From: Candidatus Gottesmanbacteria bacterium
GTDB taxonomy: Bacteria > Patescibacteriota > Microgenomatia > UBA10105 > UBA927
DNA: 64,000 bases
Reading direction: 5' to 3'
Assembly: GCA_016214885.1 (NCBI GenBank)
Contig: JACRMP010000005.1
Span: 70,725-134,724, forward strand
In this document: one piece after another, positions 27,739-36,699 of the stretch
Layout: the number at the start of each line of letters is the position of its first letter
Position numbering within the stretch: position 1 is the first letter of the stretch
The notes under the pieces: generated by a model
Told to the model about the DNA's origin: nothing
Seen by the model: the letters and a program-made list of their open reading frames with translations, nothing else
Databases searched by the model: none
Position numbers and translations under genes: made by a program

Positions 27739-29741
27739 GGTGATAAGGCAATGCTGACATCATTAAGAATTGGCGTCAGTGTGGCATCCCCGGTGGTCAA
27801 TTGCGCCCGATAACGGAAACACCGCGCGGGATTCTCATAACCTGTCCCGTCACCGGAAAATGGCAAAGCCCCAGATATACTCACGCCGTCTGAAGAAACA
27901 TACGATGTACCGGCTGTCCCGTCTGGTCCGACATATATATAGGAGGCCCCAGCACAACTGCCGCCAACCGCGTCCGCAGCCGCAAACTGCAAAGTCACGC
28001 TCGACTGTGCTGAGGGCACGGAAATCGACGCCTCAATGCGGTTAAACGCTACCTCGGAGCTTCCGGTCGCGATAAGTGTCGCATCAAATATTTGCGACTC
28101 AAAAACGCCCGTCAGAAAATAGTCTCTGCCGTTTGCCCCCGGTCCTCCTTCAATAATTTTAAGCTCACTCGATGCATCACCGGTGATGATGTATGAATAT
28201 GCCCGACCGCTTGACGCAAGCACCGTATCAATACCGTTTACCCCCGAATTTATCTCTATCCCGCCGCACCGCGGCAGCGGGTTTGCTGTTTCACTAGTTA
28301 TATCGACTACCTGATATTCCTCGCCACCCAAACCCACAATAATGGCCCGCGGCCCGGATACCACAACCAAACCTTTTGGATTCATGCTGCCCGTATCATA
28401 AGAACCCAGCACTTGTTTATAACCGGCAGCACCCGATTCAGTGTTCACGATAAAAAATTCACGCTGTGCACTTGACTGCTCAGTAGCGACATACGCCCTC
28501 GTACCGCTGGCGTTTATGTATATAGCTTTCCCACCGCTCGCAGACAAACCTATTTGGTCGACAATACGCAGGTCGGAAGGATTACTCACATCAACAATCA
28601 CCACCTGTGCATTCGTGGCGCTCGTTGCCACAAATGCCCTGCCTCCTGAAACTACAATGCTTTTTCCTGTCCCGGGAAGGGTTATCCCGTCAGCATCAAG
28701 CACGGAACGCGACCCTGTTTTTGAGGAAAGATCAAACGAATACATTTTCGTCCCACCGACCATATACCCAACTGATCCTGCGGTTACCACTCCCTCAGCA
28801 TTCCCGTTTCCTGGAGCATTAAAGTACCCGGCTTCGGCAAACTTACCGGATCCGTCAACGGCACCCAATGCAATAATCTCAACCTCTTTCGTGTTGGTAT
28901 CGGTCGCAAGATAGGCATATTCGGCTTCGGTAAATACATCATTCGTTTTATATCCGTCAAAAGTCCCGGATGTCGTAGCAATAGGATTGGTCGGAAATTC
29001 GGGATCAGTAATCAGGACGTTTGCATACGATACTCCGCTTGCATTATCCCCGGTTCCTGCGGCAATTGCCCCTTGAATTGCGCTGATTGCGTTGGCTACC
29101 CCGCTTTTCGGTAAATCTACCGCTGTAATGGTAAGCGACGGCTGGCACCAATCCCCGTAGCCTCCCGTTGAACCCAATACCACTTCTCCGCCGGCTAAAT
29201 TTATTACCCTCGTGTGCTGCGTCGCATCTCCGTTAAGAAAATTCTGTTCGGTCGTATCTACATGGATAATATTATTGTGACGGGTAAGTATGACCACTGA
29301 CGAAATTGACGTCGGAAGCGGGGTTGTCCATGATACGCGGATTGTTGCACGCCGTGTCGATGGATCAGTAATCCCGCCTGAGCTTACGATATTTCCTGAA
29401 ATATCCCGTTGCACAGGGGAAAATTCAATAACACGGGTAAACCGGTCAATTGTTTCGGTTCCATTGGCAAGAGTCCACCGCGCATTAACCACTGCAGGAT
29501 GGTAGACCGTGTTATTTGCATACAAGGCAAACTGGCTCCACCCCGTCTCGCGGATACTCCGTAGTGCCTCCTGCGCCTCGACAAGCAGTGTTGTTGCACG
29601 GGTTCGCTCAATCTGCTGCGCTTTCCCCTCCCGTGATACAAAGAACATGGTAAACAGCGCAGGAAAAAAAATAAGGGCAAATCCCATGGCGAGCAGCAGT
29701 TCAATGATCGTTTGTCCTCTTTGCAGCTTCATAGTATTCAC
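27735..29741 (-). CDS. Giant pilin-like protein: prepilin-type N-terminus plus LVIVD-repeat beta-propeller (putative pilus tip adhesin)
   Basis: N-terminus LQRGQTIIELLLAMGFALIFF. The C-terminal region has repeated AQVVIVDVSNPSDLRIV and LVVVSGPRAIIVGLGGEEYQVVDITSE units, typical of LVIVD beta-propeller blades. Confidence 0.6.
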   Translation of the reverse strand: MNTMKLQRGQTIIELLLAMGFALIFFPALFTMFFVSREGKAQQIERTRATTLLVEAQEALRSIRETGWSQFALYANNTVYHPAVVNARWTLANGTETIDRFTRVIEFSPVQRDISGNIVSSGGITDPSTRRATIRVSWTTPLPTSISSVVILTRHNNIIHVDTTEQNFLNGDATQHTRVINLAGGEVVLGSTGGYGDWCQPSLTITAVDLPKSGVANAISAIQGAIAAGTGDNASGVSYANVLITDPEFPTNPIATTSGTFDGYKTNDVFTEAEYAYLATDTNTKEVEIIALGAVDGSGKFAEAGYFNAPGNGNAEGVVTAGSVGYMVGGTKMYSFDLSSKTGSRSVLDADGITLPGTGKSIVVSGGRAFVATSATNAQVVIVDVSNPSDLRIVDQIGLSASGGKAIYINASGTRAYVATEQSSAQREFFIVNTESGAAGYKQVLGSYDTGSMNPKGLVVVSGPRAIIVGLGGEEYQVVDITSETANPLPRCGGIEINSGVNGIDTVLASSGRAYSYIITGDASSELKIIEGGPGANGRDYFLTGVFESQIFDATLIATGSSEVAFNRIEASISVPSAQSSVTLQFAAADAVGGSCAGASYIYVGPDGTAGTSYVSSDGVSISGALPFSGDGTGYENPARCFRYRAQLTTGDATLTPILNDVSIALSP

Positions 29742-30250
29742 TCGCGGACTACCGATAACGCACCCGCTTCGTTTATCCGTATGGTCACCCTACTGCCCGT
29801 TTCCGTATCGGACAACTCAACATAATCTGCTCCTGTGATAAATCCTCTCATTTTTCCGCTGCTCCTGGCATACGTAATCGCCTGATCTGGCACGGCAATA
29901 ACAGTAAATCGCATGGTAGGATCAAGCAGCACCTCCTGATTCTGACTGTTTCCCATGTCATACACAGCCCCCGGATACAAAATATACCGGTCGGTTTCAA
30001 ACCGAACGGAATAATCCACTACCGATCCTGACGGAGAAACCAACCCGTTTATCGCCCGCGCCTGTTGCGTGTTAAGGTCGCGCATGACGCTGCTGGATAC
30101 CTGATCAAGAGTGGCACTTCTTATCCCGCCGAACAGCGACTGTGTAGACAACATAAACATTATGGCCATAATGGTTCCCACGATAATCACCTCAACCAGG
30201 GTAAATCCATCGGTATAACGACGTCTTGCATGGCTATCTGTTCGCCGCAT
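29738..30250 (-). CDS. Pseudopilin (GspH/FimT-like, prepilin-type N-terminal domain)
   Basis: RRYTDGFTLVEVIIVGTIMAIMFML. Confidence 0.7.
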   Translation of the reverse strand: MRRTDSHARRRYTDGFTLVEVIIVGTIMAIMFMLSTQSLFGGIRSATLDQVSSSVMRDLNTQQARAINGLVSPSGSVVDYSVRFETDRYILYPGAVYDMGNSQNQEVLLDPTMRFTVIAVPDQAITYARSSGKMRGFITGADYVELSDTETGSRVTIRINEAGALSVVRE

Positions 30251-30258
30251 ATCTATAT

Positions 30259-32481
30259 CTATAGTACAGGACTGTGAATAATTGCCAATCCGTCATACGA
30301 ATGTTTTTTCTGCATAGCTTCCCGTTTTTGCGCAGTATATACAGGCAGTGAAAAACTGAAAATCGCCCCCATCCCCTTACCGTCTGAATGCCCTTCTATA
30401 ACGCCTCCATGGAGATCAATAATGGATTTGCATATAAACAGTCCGAGACCGGTACTCTGGGTAGCTGCGGAGGTGGTCTGGGAAGAGGTCTCCAGCGTGC
30501 CAAATTTTGTAAACAATTTATCCCGCATTACAGGGTCAAATCCCTTCCCTGTATCGGTAACAGAAATGGTGATGTACTCGTTATCAGACCTGACGGCTAT
30601 AGTGATACTCCCATTCCACGGAGTAAACTTAATGGCATTTCCAATAAGATTGATAAGCACTTCTTTGATTTTATCCGTATCTGCAATGACATCAGGGACG
30701 GAATCCTGCGGCATCCTGACATTAAGATGTAGACCCTGCTCCTCAATCCTGGGACTTACTTCGGCGACAACATCCCGCAGTATGGTGCCAATATCCGCCC
30801 GGGAAAACTGGACCGCAAGCCGTCCGGATTCTATACGTGAAATATTTAACATGTCATTTACCAGCCGTATAAGACGGTCTGCCGAGCTGAATGCGCGGTC
30901 CAGATAGTACTTCTGCTTCTCAGTGACTTCCCCTCCCTTACCGGAAAGTGCCATCCATAAGTATGAACGGATGCTCGTTAACGGCGTTCGCAATTCATGT
31001 GAAGCAAGTGACACGAATTCATCTTTGAGCTTATCCAGTTGTCGCAGTTTTTCATTTGCCCCCCGTAGATCCTGAGTCGCCCGGGAGACCTCATCTTCAA
31101 GCGTCATATTAAACCGTCGTATTTCTTCGTAGGAAAGTGAATTCTCTATCGCGACCCCGACTTCAGGGGATATAATTTCCAGAACATGCACATCTTCATC
31201 GGAATATCTCTCACCTGAAAGTTTTTCTCCGGTACACAAAAGTCCTATGACTTTATCCGATGTCTCCAGGGGCAGCAACACCGACGCATCCAAAGATTCA
31301 AACACCATCTGAATAAGCGGATCCTGCTCATCATCGCGGTGGTGAACTCCGCTTGTTGCTGAGGTATGCACAGCAACAGACTCATGCAGCTCCGGGGTAA
31401 GATCATACCCTTCGGAGATAATGGTGAATATCCGTTGCCCGTGGATTAATACAATGCAGGACTTTGTTATCCGCAGCTCCTTATTTAGCTGTTGCAAAAA
31501 CTGGTGAGTAAGATCTTCCAATCTCAAAGACCGGGCCATTATTTTTGCCAGCCTATACAGTACCTGGGCTGTATCATATTTATTTTTGAAAAAAACTGCG
31601 TCAGTCGTTTGTTCAATCACCCGCTTAACACTCGGAAACGTCAGTAACATTATTAGCGCTGCAATGGTAGAAAGAATAATAAAACGAGGATCGATATACG
31701 GTGATACCAGGAGTGACGCCATCGATGAAAACACCAACGCATAGATAAGACCGAAAAGAGAGATAAGTACCGCATAGGATACCGCCCGGGCAATAACAAG
31801 CCGTATATCCAAAAATTTATGCCGGATAATTGCATACGCAGTGGCAGCCACAAACGGCAGTGTATAAAGCGGACTGAATGAAACAAACGATGACTCCTGG
31901 AACAGAACAACCAGCACAAAATTAAAAAATATAATAAGCGTGAACATGACCACAACACCAAGGCCAATTGCCTGAAGCTGGGACCGTAGTATTCCTTTTG
32001 AAAATCTAAGACGCCGGATAAGCGTCCACACGCCGGCAAGTACGGAACCCACTGCAACCAGAACAAACAATGGCATCGCCGGTCCCGGCGTAGGAGAAGG
32101 CGTCCCATCCACAAAAATTATCGACGGAAAAAGAAAAGGACTCACACAAAGTCCCATGGTAATAATTCCCAAAACCATTAGCGCGCCAAGGCGTGATGCG
32201 GGCATACTGATACGTGTTGACGGCAGGGTGTATATCAGTAAAAAAAACAATATGGCCTGCGGTACGGCAAGCGCCATAACTATTCTTGTCCAATACAATA
32301 CAGTGAGCAAATCCGTATACTGAAGCGTCAGGTAGTTAGCCGCCGACCAGAGACTGATATCAAGGGTCAGCAAAAAGAAGAGAAGCGGGGTAGCGCTCCG
32401 CCGGTTTCTAAGATACACAAAGAGTCCTAATAGGATATTGGCGGCAATTCCGGTGATAAGTATGGGCAGGTTTATATTCAT
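30259..32481 (-). CDS. Sensor histidine kinase with multi-TM N-terminal sensor, GAF-like segment, HisKA and HATPase_c
   Basis: About 8 TM helices, then ASHELRTPLTSIRSY (H-box), NLIGNAIKFT (N-box) and GTGLGLFICKSIIDLHGG (G-boxes). Only 8 nt separate it from the downstream pseudopilin gene. Confidence 0.8.
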   Translation of the reverse strand: MNINLPILITGIAANILLGLFVYLRNRRSATPLLFFLLTLDISLWSAANYLTLQYTDLLTVLYWTRIVMALAVPQAILFFLLIYTLPSTRISMPASRLGALMVLGIITMGLCVSPFLFPSIIFVDGTPSPTPGPAMPLFVLVAVGSVLAGVWTLIRRLRFSKGILRSQLQAIGLGVVVMFTLIIFFNFVLVVLFQESSFVSFSPLYTLPFVAATAYAIIRHKFLDIRLVIARAVSYAVLISLFGLIYALVFSSMASLLVSPYIDPRFIILSTIAALIMLLTFPSVKRVIEQTTDAVFFKNKYDTAQVLYRLAKIMARSLRLEDLTHQFLQQLNKELRITKSCIVLIHGQRIFTIISEGYDLTPELHESVAVHTSATSGVHHRDDEQDPLIQMVFESLDASVLLPLETSDKVIGLLCTGEKLSGERYSDEDVHVLEIISPEVGVAIENSLSYEEIRRFNMTLEDEVSRATQDLRGANEKLRQLDKLKDEFVSLASHELRTPLTSIRSYLWMALSGKGGEVTEKQKYYLDRAFSSADRLIRLVNDMLNISRIESGRLAVQFSRADIGTILRDVVAEVSPRIEEQGLHLNVRMPQDSVPDVIADTDKIKEVLINLIGNAIKFTPWNGSITIAVRSDNEYITISVTDTGKGFDPVMRDKLFTKFGTLETSSQTTSAATQSTGLGLFICKSIIDLHGGVIEGHSDGKGMGAIFSFSLPVYTAQKREAMQKKHSYDGLAIIHSPVL

Positions 32482-32489
32482 GACGGTCG

Positions 32490-33650
32490 TTACAGTCCTA
32501 GTTTACGGATAAATTCTTCACGCACGGCACTGTGCCGGGAATACTCGCTCGCTATGACAGCAACAGGAGAAAATATCGCTTCGGGGGATATTACAACTTT
32601 TCCCTGAACAACAGGCTTCCCTAACACTATCAGCCGCACCACATAACTTACAACAGATCCCGCCATGGAAGCAGCGTTTCCTAATTGCGGCCAGGTATAT
32701 AATGTTTTTCCCAATTCCAAAAGCGACGTCATCATGCGGGTAGCAATATTTTCAGGCCGCACCCACCTGCTTATTATCCGGGCGGCGACCGGTCGTGGCG
32801 TGTCGGGGCGTATTGCAAGAAGCTCCGCTTCAGGAATATCCCCGTGCATAAGCGGCCGCTTATGATCAAGATCAAACCGCTCTATATCTACTACGACTCC
32901 GTCACCGTTGTCTGCGGCCATAACTACTGGAATTCCGTGCTTCCGGGCGAGTGTCCGCAGACGGATTTTAAGATACAGATCATCCATCTCATCCACCACT
33001 ATATCAAGAGGCTCGGGTTCCAGAAGAAATTCTTTTATGTTTTTTTCCGTAAGACCGGAATCAAAAACCGTAAGATCAGTAAAAGGATTCACCAATAAAA
33101 CTTCGCGTGCGGCGACAGTTGTTTTTGATACCCCCAACAAATCAAAACCTGCCCGGATACGGTTCATATTTGAACCCGACAGCACATCGGCGTCCGCTAT
33201 GCGCAGATATTTCGCGCCTCCGGTATGAACAATATTAGATACAACCGCGTTCCCGACACTGAGCCCGGCAACACCCACACGGGCACGGTAATACCGGCGC
33301 TGCTCGGACAGCGTGATAAGGTTCCTGTTCCTTGCAGTGCGGAGCTCCGTATGAAGCGCTTCCGGCAAAAAATGGATAAGCCGCTTACCCCAGGGATACC
33401 AGGCCCAAACACCGAACATGTCTTTGGATTTTCCCCGGTAAATACTTTTGATAAATTTTTCGAGTAGCACAGCTGATACCCCTTCGCGGATCACACTGGG
33501 ATTGCGTATTTTGTATAACTCTTCAAGCTGGGAATACAGCTCATCTACCAACTGCACGTCCGCGCGGCGTTTTAATGCTGCTAATCTCACGGCATCCCGG
33601 GACTTGCTTGGATTAAAAAGCTCACAATGGTTATCGCGGGAGTTACTCAT
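32490..33650 (-). CDS. ThiF/MoeB/E1-like adenylyltransferase family protein with ~100-aa N-terminal extension
   Basis: RARVGVAGLSVGNAVVSNIVHTGGAKYLRIADADVLSGSNMNRI is the nucleotide-binding GxGxxG loop with downstream D...N.R. The N-terminal extension is reminiscent of the peptide-binding E1-like enzymes such as MccB, or TOMM-associated types. Confidence 0.5.
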   Translation of the reverse strand: MSNSRDNHCELFNPSKSRDAVRLAALKRRADVQLVDELYSQLEELYKIRNPSVIREGVSAVLLEKFIKSIYRGKSKDMFGVWAWYPWGKRLIHFLPEALHTELRTARNRNLITLSEQRRYYRARVGVAGLSVGNAVVSNIVHTGGAKYLRIADADVLSGSNMNRIRAGFDLLGVSKTTVAAREVLLVNPFTDLTVFDSGLTEKNIKEFLLEPEPLDIVVDEMDDLYLKIRLRTLARKHGIPVVMAADNGDGVVVDIERFDLDHKRPLMHGDIPEAELLAIRPDTPRPVAARIISRWVRPENIATRMMTSLLELGKTLYTWPQLGNAASMAGSVVSYVVRLIVLGKPVVQGKVVISPEAIFSPVAVIASEYSRHSAVREEFIRKLGL

Positions 33651-33683
33651 AAATCAGCCTCAATTTCATTGTAACAACTCCCC

Positions 33684-35201
33684 TTATGTTTTCCTAACCC
33701 ATTTGTGCTTGCCTGAGGAAGAGAAATGCGGGGGACTCCCATATGGCCAGCAAAACACATTTGGCGTCATACGGCGCTCCCCCATGCTTTTTAAATTATT
33801 GGCAAACTCTGAATTGTGTTCTGTTAGCTCGCTGATAATTTGCGCTTGTATCTCACGCATTAGCAATGCTGAGCTTTTACTGTTTTTCTGCAGCTCCACA
33901 TGCACATTCCATGATTGGTTCATTTGCTGATCATAATATGCCTCTGCAGTATGCTTACCGGTTAATACTTTCCTGAAACGGACGGCTTCCAGCGCCCGCC
34001 GTATTTCCTGCGGATATATATTTGCTCCGAATATTTTTACGGTAAAATCCCGGCGTTCAAACAAATATACAAACGGAATATTCCAGACCGTCGCTGCAAT
34101 GCCCGCCTTCTTAATTTCCGCATCCAGATTAACGCCGTATGCAGCAAAAACTTTCTGCATCTCTTTGAAGGTAAGAATTCCTCCCGTATCCATAAGATCG
34201 TACCGCACCAACGGAATACCGCTTCGTGCCGTACATAAAAGATTTCCGGAATCTGCCTCAAAATAAAACAGTTCAGGAATATATTGGGCAAGCGTAGGCT
34301 GATTATGCTTTTGTCCGAATAGAGCTTCATTTAATACCGGGTTTTTGACCGCCAGCCTGCGGACAAGAATCGCAAGCGGCGTTTCATGCGCCATTGTCCC
34401 CAAATCGACACTGCCATAATGATTTAATGTATCAGTATATTCATGGAGGAGGCCTGCATGTTTTATGACGTAAGTACGGAACGCTTCAGAAAACCCTTCC
34501 GCGGAAAAAATAAATTTTACATGGCTTTTTTTCCACTCCATCCCCCTGCGCTCACCTTCATCTATAAGATCTTTTATCATCGGGGGGTACCCTCCGATAA
34601 TGATCTGATCATAAAGAGGAGCAAATTTCTGCACTGCTTTAAGTATTTCGTCGCTGGAGGTTCCCGGCGTAATAATGCTTAATGGGTACTTGCCGCGCTC
34701 TGCAACTATACGGATAGCTGCATAGCTAAATACTCCTCCGATCCACACCCCCATACCCCAACCGACAATAAACAGCGTTGATTTCGTATGAATTGAAAAA
34801 TTTGACCGCAAATACATTTCAGCAACGGCGGCATACTGCAAATCCTGCTCCTGGGATCGCGGAAAATAAAACGGGTCACCTGTTGATCCGCTGGTTGCAG
34901 ACACGATACGCGGCATACCGGTTAAGCTTCCCATCCAACAAAGATCGGTGAGCGAATATTTTCTTAAATACGAGTCTTTGCCGATAATTGGCGCGGACAA
35001 AAAATCCCGCATCCCGGGCTTTTTCGGCAACCGTATATGAAAATCTGCAAGATGTTTTTTATATGCGGGAACGTTCCTTGCCATGTCTGCAAGCAGAGCG
35101 CAGGCCATACGCTCCCCCCTCTTTATCCAATACCCCTCAGATTTCGTACCCAACAGTGCCGCCCACCGTACCGGATCGTTTATCAGCGCAATCGTTTTCA
35201 T
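33684..35201 (-). CDS. Adenylate-forming enzyme of the PaaK / CapK / coenzyme-F390-synthetase-like family (ANL superfamily)
   Basis: ARNVPAYKKHLADFHI...LPIIGKDSYLR then SATSGSTGDPFYFPRS, the (S/T)SG(S/T)TG.P AMP-binding loop, then WGMGVWIGG. Confidence 0.5.
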   Translation of the reverse strand: MKTIALINDPVRWAALLGTKSEGYWIKRGERMACALLADMARNVPAYKKHLADFHIRLPKKPGMRDFLSAPIIGKDSYLRKYSLTDLCWMGSLTGMPRIVSATSGSTGDPFYFPRSQEQDLQYAAVAEMYLRSNFSIHTKSTLFIVGWGMGVWIGGVFSYAAIRIVAERGKYPLSIITPGTSSDEILKAVQKFAPLYDQIIIGGYPPMIKDLIDEGERRGMEWKKSHVKFIFSAEGFSEAFRTYVIKHAGLLHEYTDTLNHYGSVDLGTMAHETPLAILVRRLAVKNPVLNEALFGQKHNQPTLAQYIPELFYFEADSGNLLCTARSGIPLVRYDLMDTGGILTFKEMQKVFAAYGVNLDAEIKKAGIAATVWNIPFVYLFERRDFTVKIFGANIYPQEIRRALEAVRFRKVLTGKHTAEAYYDQQMNQSWNVHVELQKNSKSSALLMREIQAQIISELTEHNSEFANNLKSMGERRMTPNVFCWPYGSPPHFSSSGKHKWVRKT

Positions 35202-35270
35202 AATAATTTCCCCTCATCGCCTCCACAGCCTTGTTTGAGTTTATCCCATGCGTGGGGTAAGATACAAAAG

Positions 35271-35675
35271 ATGGCAAAACGCATACTCATCGTCGATGAC
35301 GATTCATTTATCCGGGAGCTCTATGAAGAAGTGCTCAGAGATGCCGGATTTGATATCACCACCGCAGAAAACGGTGAATCAGGACTTGCACACCTTTTGG
35401 AGGGAGGATTTGATGCAGTGCTCCTGGATGTGATGATGCCGAAATTAGACGGGTTAGGAGTACTCACCAAGCTCAAAGAGTCCCATCCTAAAAAACCAAA
35501 CGGACCCATTATTCTGCTTACCAACTTAGATCATGACCCGATTCTTGATAAAGCGATTGAACTTGGAGCAGTGTCCCACGTGCTTAAAGCAGACATCCTG
35601 CCGCCGGCTCTCGTCACCTTGGTTAACAAAACGCTAAGCCACTCCACTAATGGAACTCCCCAACCTGGCCAATAA
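35271..35675 (+). CDS. Single-domain (CheY-like) response regulator receiver protein
   Basis: KRILIVDDDSFIRELYEEVL...DAVLLDVMMPKLDG...ILLTNL has the conserved phospho-acceptor Asp and the Thr and Lys positions, with no output domain. Start set at MAKRIL. Convergent with pilC; the 3' ends overlap. Confidence 0.8.
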   Translation: MAKRILIVDDDSFIRELYEEVLRDAGFDITTAENGESGLAHLLEGGFDAVLLDVMMPKLDGLGVLTKLKESHPKKPNGPIILLTNLDHDPILDKAIELGAVSHVLKADILPPALVTLVNKTLSHSTNGTPQPGQ

Positions 35676-36699
35676 GATTATAAATAGGCGCAATGATGGC
35701 CATCATCATACCACCGACAACCACACCTACTAATACAAGAATAACAGGCTCAAGCAGCGTCATAAGATATTGAAGCGTGGTGGTGACCTGATAATCAAAA
35801 TACTCTGATAAATCCTCCATGGATTTATCCAAAGAGCCGCTCCGCTCCCCGACTTCTATGATTTTTATCATCAGTGACGGAATGGATTTTTGCCCCCGCA
35901 AGCCATCCGTTAACCGCTTGCCGCCGCCGACATATTCGCGTGCTTTTGCTATAGCCTCACGTATTTCCCGTTTCATAGCAACAGCTTGTGTTAATTCCAG
36001 CGCGCTATAGAGAGGAATGGCAGAAACCAGCAGCAGATACATGCTCCGCGAAAACCGTGTTAAATCTATCTGCCGGGCGATAGAAGACACATATGGCAGA
36101 TTAAGCAATATATTCACAACAAATGCGCGCTTCTGCTTGAAAAGGAAAATAATAAGAAGAATGAATCCGAAAACAACAAGCAGTGTCGGGACGGTGTAAT
36201 TTAATACCAAATTCGATAATCCTATAAGTATCCTGGTCGGCAGAGGCAGATCTACCCTAAGCCTAAGGAATACTTCCGAAATCTTCGGAATGACAAAGGT
36301 AACTAAAAGCAGCAACACCCCAAAAAATACGACGAGTATAACCGCCGGATACGTTAAAGCGGAACGGATCTTGTCACCGAATTCCATATCTTTTTTGATT
36401 GTATTTTTTACATCCTTAAGCACCACGTCTATCGTTCCTGATTCCTCCGAAGCCTTAATGATGGCGACCGTAACACTGTCAAACACTTTGGGATATTTTG
36501 ATAATGCGGTATGCAGCGGCTTTCCCTGGGTAATATCCGCTTCGATTCCTGTAAGCACTATTTTCAGATTTCCTACAGAATCCTCCAAAAGCGAGTTAAC
36601 CGCCTCTGCAAGGGTAAGCCCTGCATTTACCATCGTAGATAAATTACTGAGGAGCCCCAATTTTTCAGAATTCTGCAGTGTTATATTTTCTGATTTCAT
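35647..36699 (-). CDS. pilC: Type II secretion system F / PilC-family inner-membrane platform protein
   Basis: GspF-like repeat motifs, LSSLVNAGLTLAEAVNSLL and EVGERSGSLDKSMEDLSEYF, with three TM helices. Overlaps pilB by 4 nt. Confidence 0.8.
   Translation of the reverse strand: MKSENITLQNSEKLGLLSNLSTMVNAGLTLAEAVNSLLEDSVGNLKIVLTGIEADITQGKPLHTALSKYPKVFDSVTVAIIKASEESGTIDVVLKDVKNTIKKDMEFGDKIRSALTYPAVILVVFFGVLLLLVTFVIPKISEVFLRLRVDLPLPTRILIGLSNLVLNYTVPTLLVVFGFILLIIFLFKQKRAFVVNILLNLPYVSSIARQIDLTRFSRSMYLLLVSAIPLYSALELTQAVAMKREIREAIAKAREYVGGGKRLTDGLRGQKSIPSLMIKIIEVGERSGSLDKSMEDLSEYFDYQVTTTLQYLMTLLEPVILVLVGVVVGGMMMAIIAPIYNLIGQVGEFH

Noticed and set aside
28441-28914. Plus-strand ORFs (157 aa, 71 aa and others) within 27735-29741
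   Set aside because: They are antisense to the giant pilin gene. Their low-complexity composition and lack of any RBS make them spurious.
31653-32293. Minus-strand ORFs of 153 aa and 95 aa in alternative frames of the histidine kinase gene
   Set aside because: They overlap the kinase's TM-domain coding region in other frames. Their Cys/Trp/Arg-rich translations are non-protein-like.
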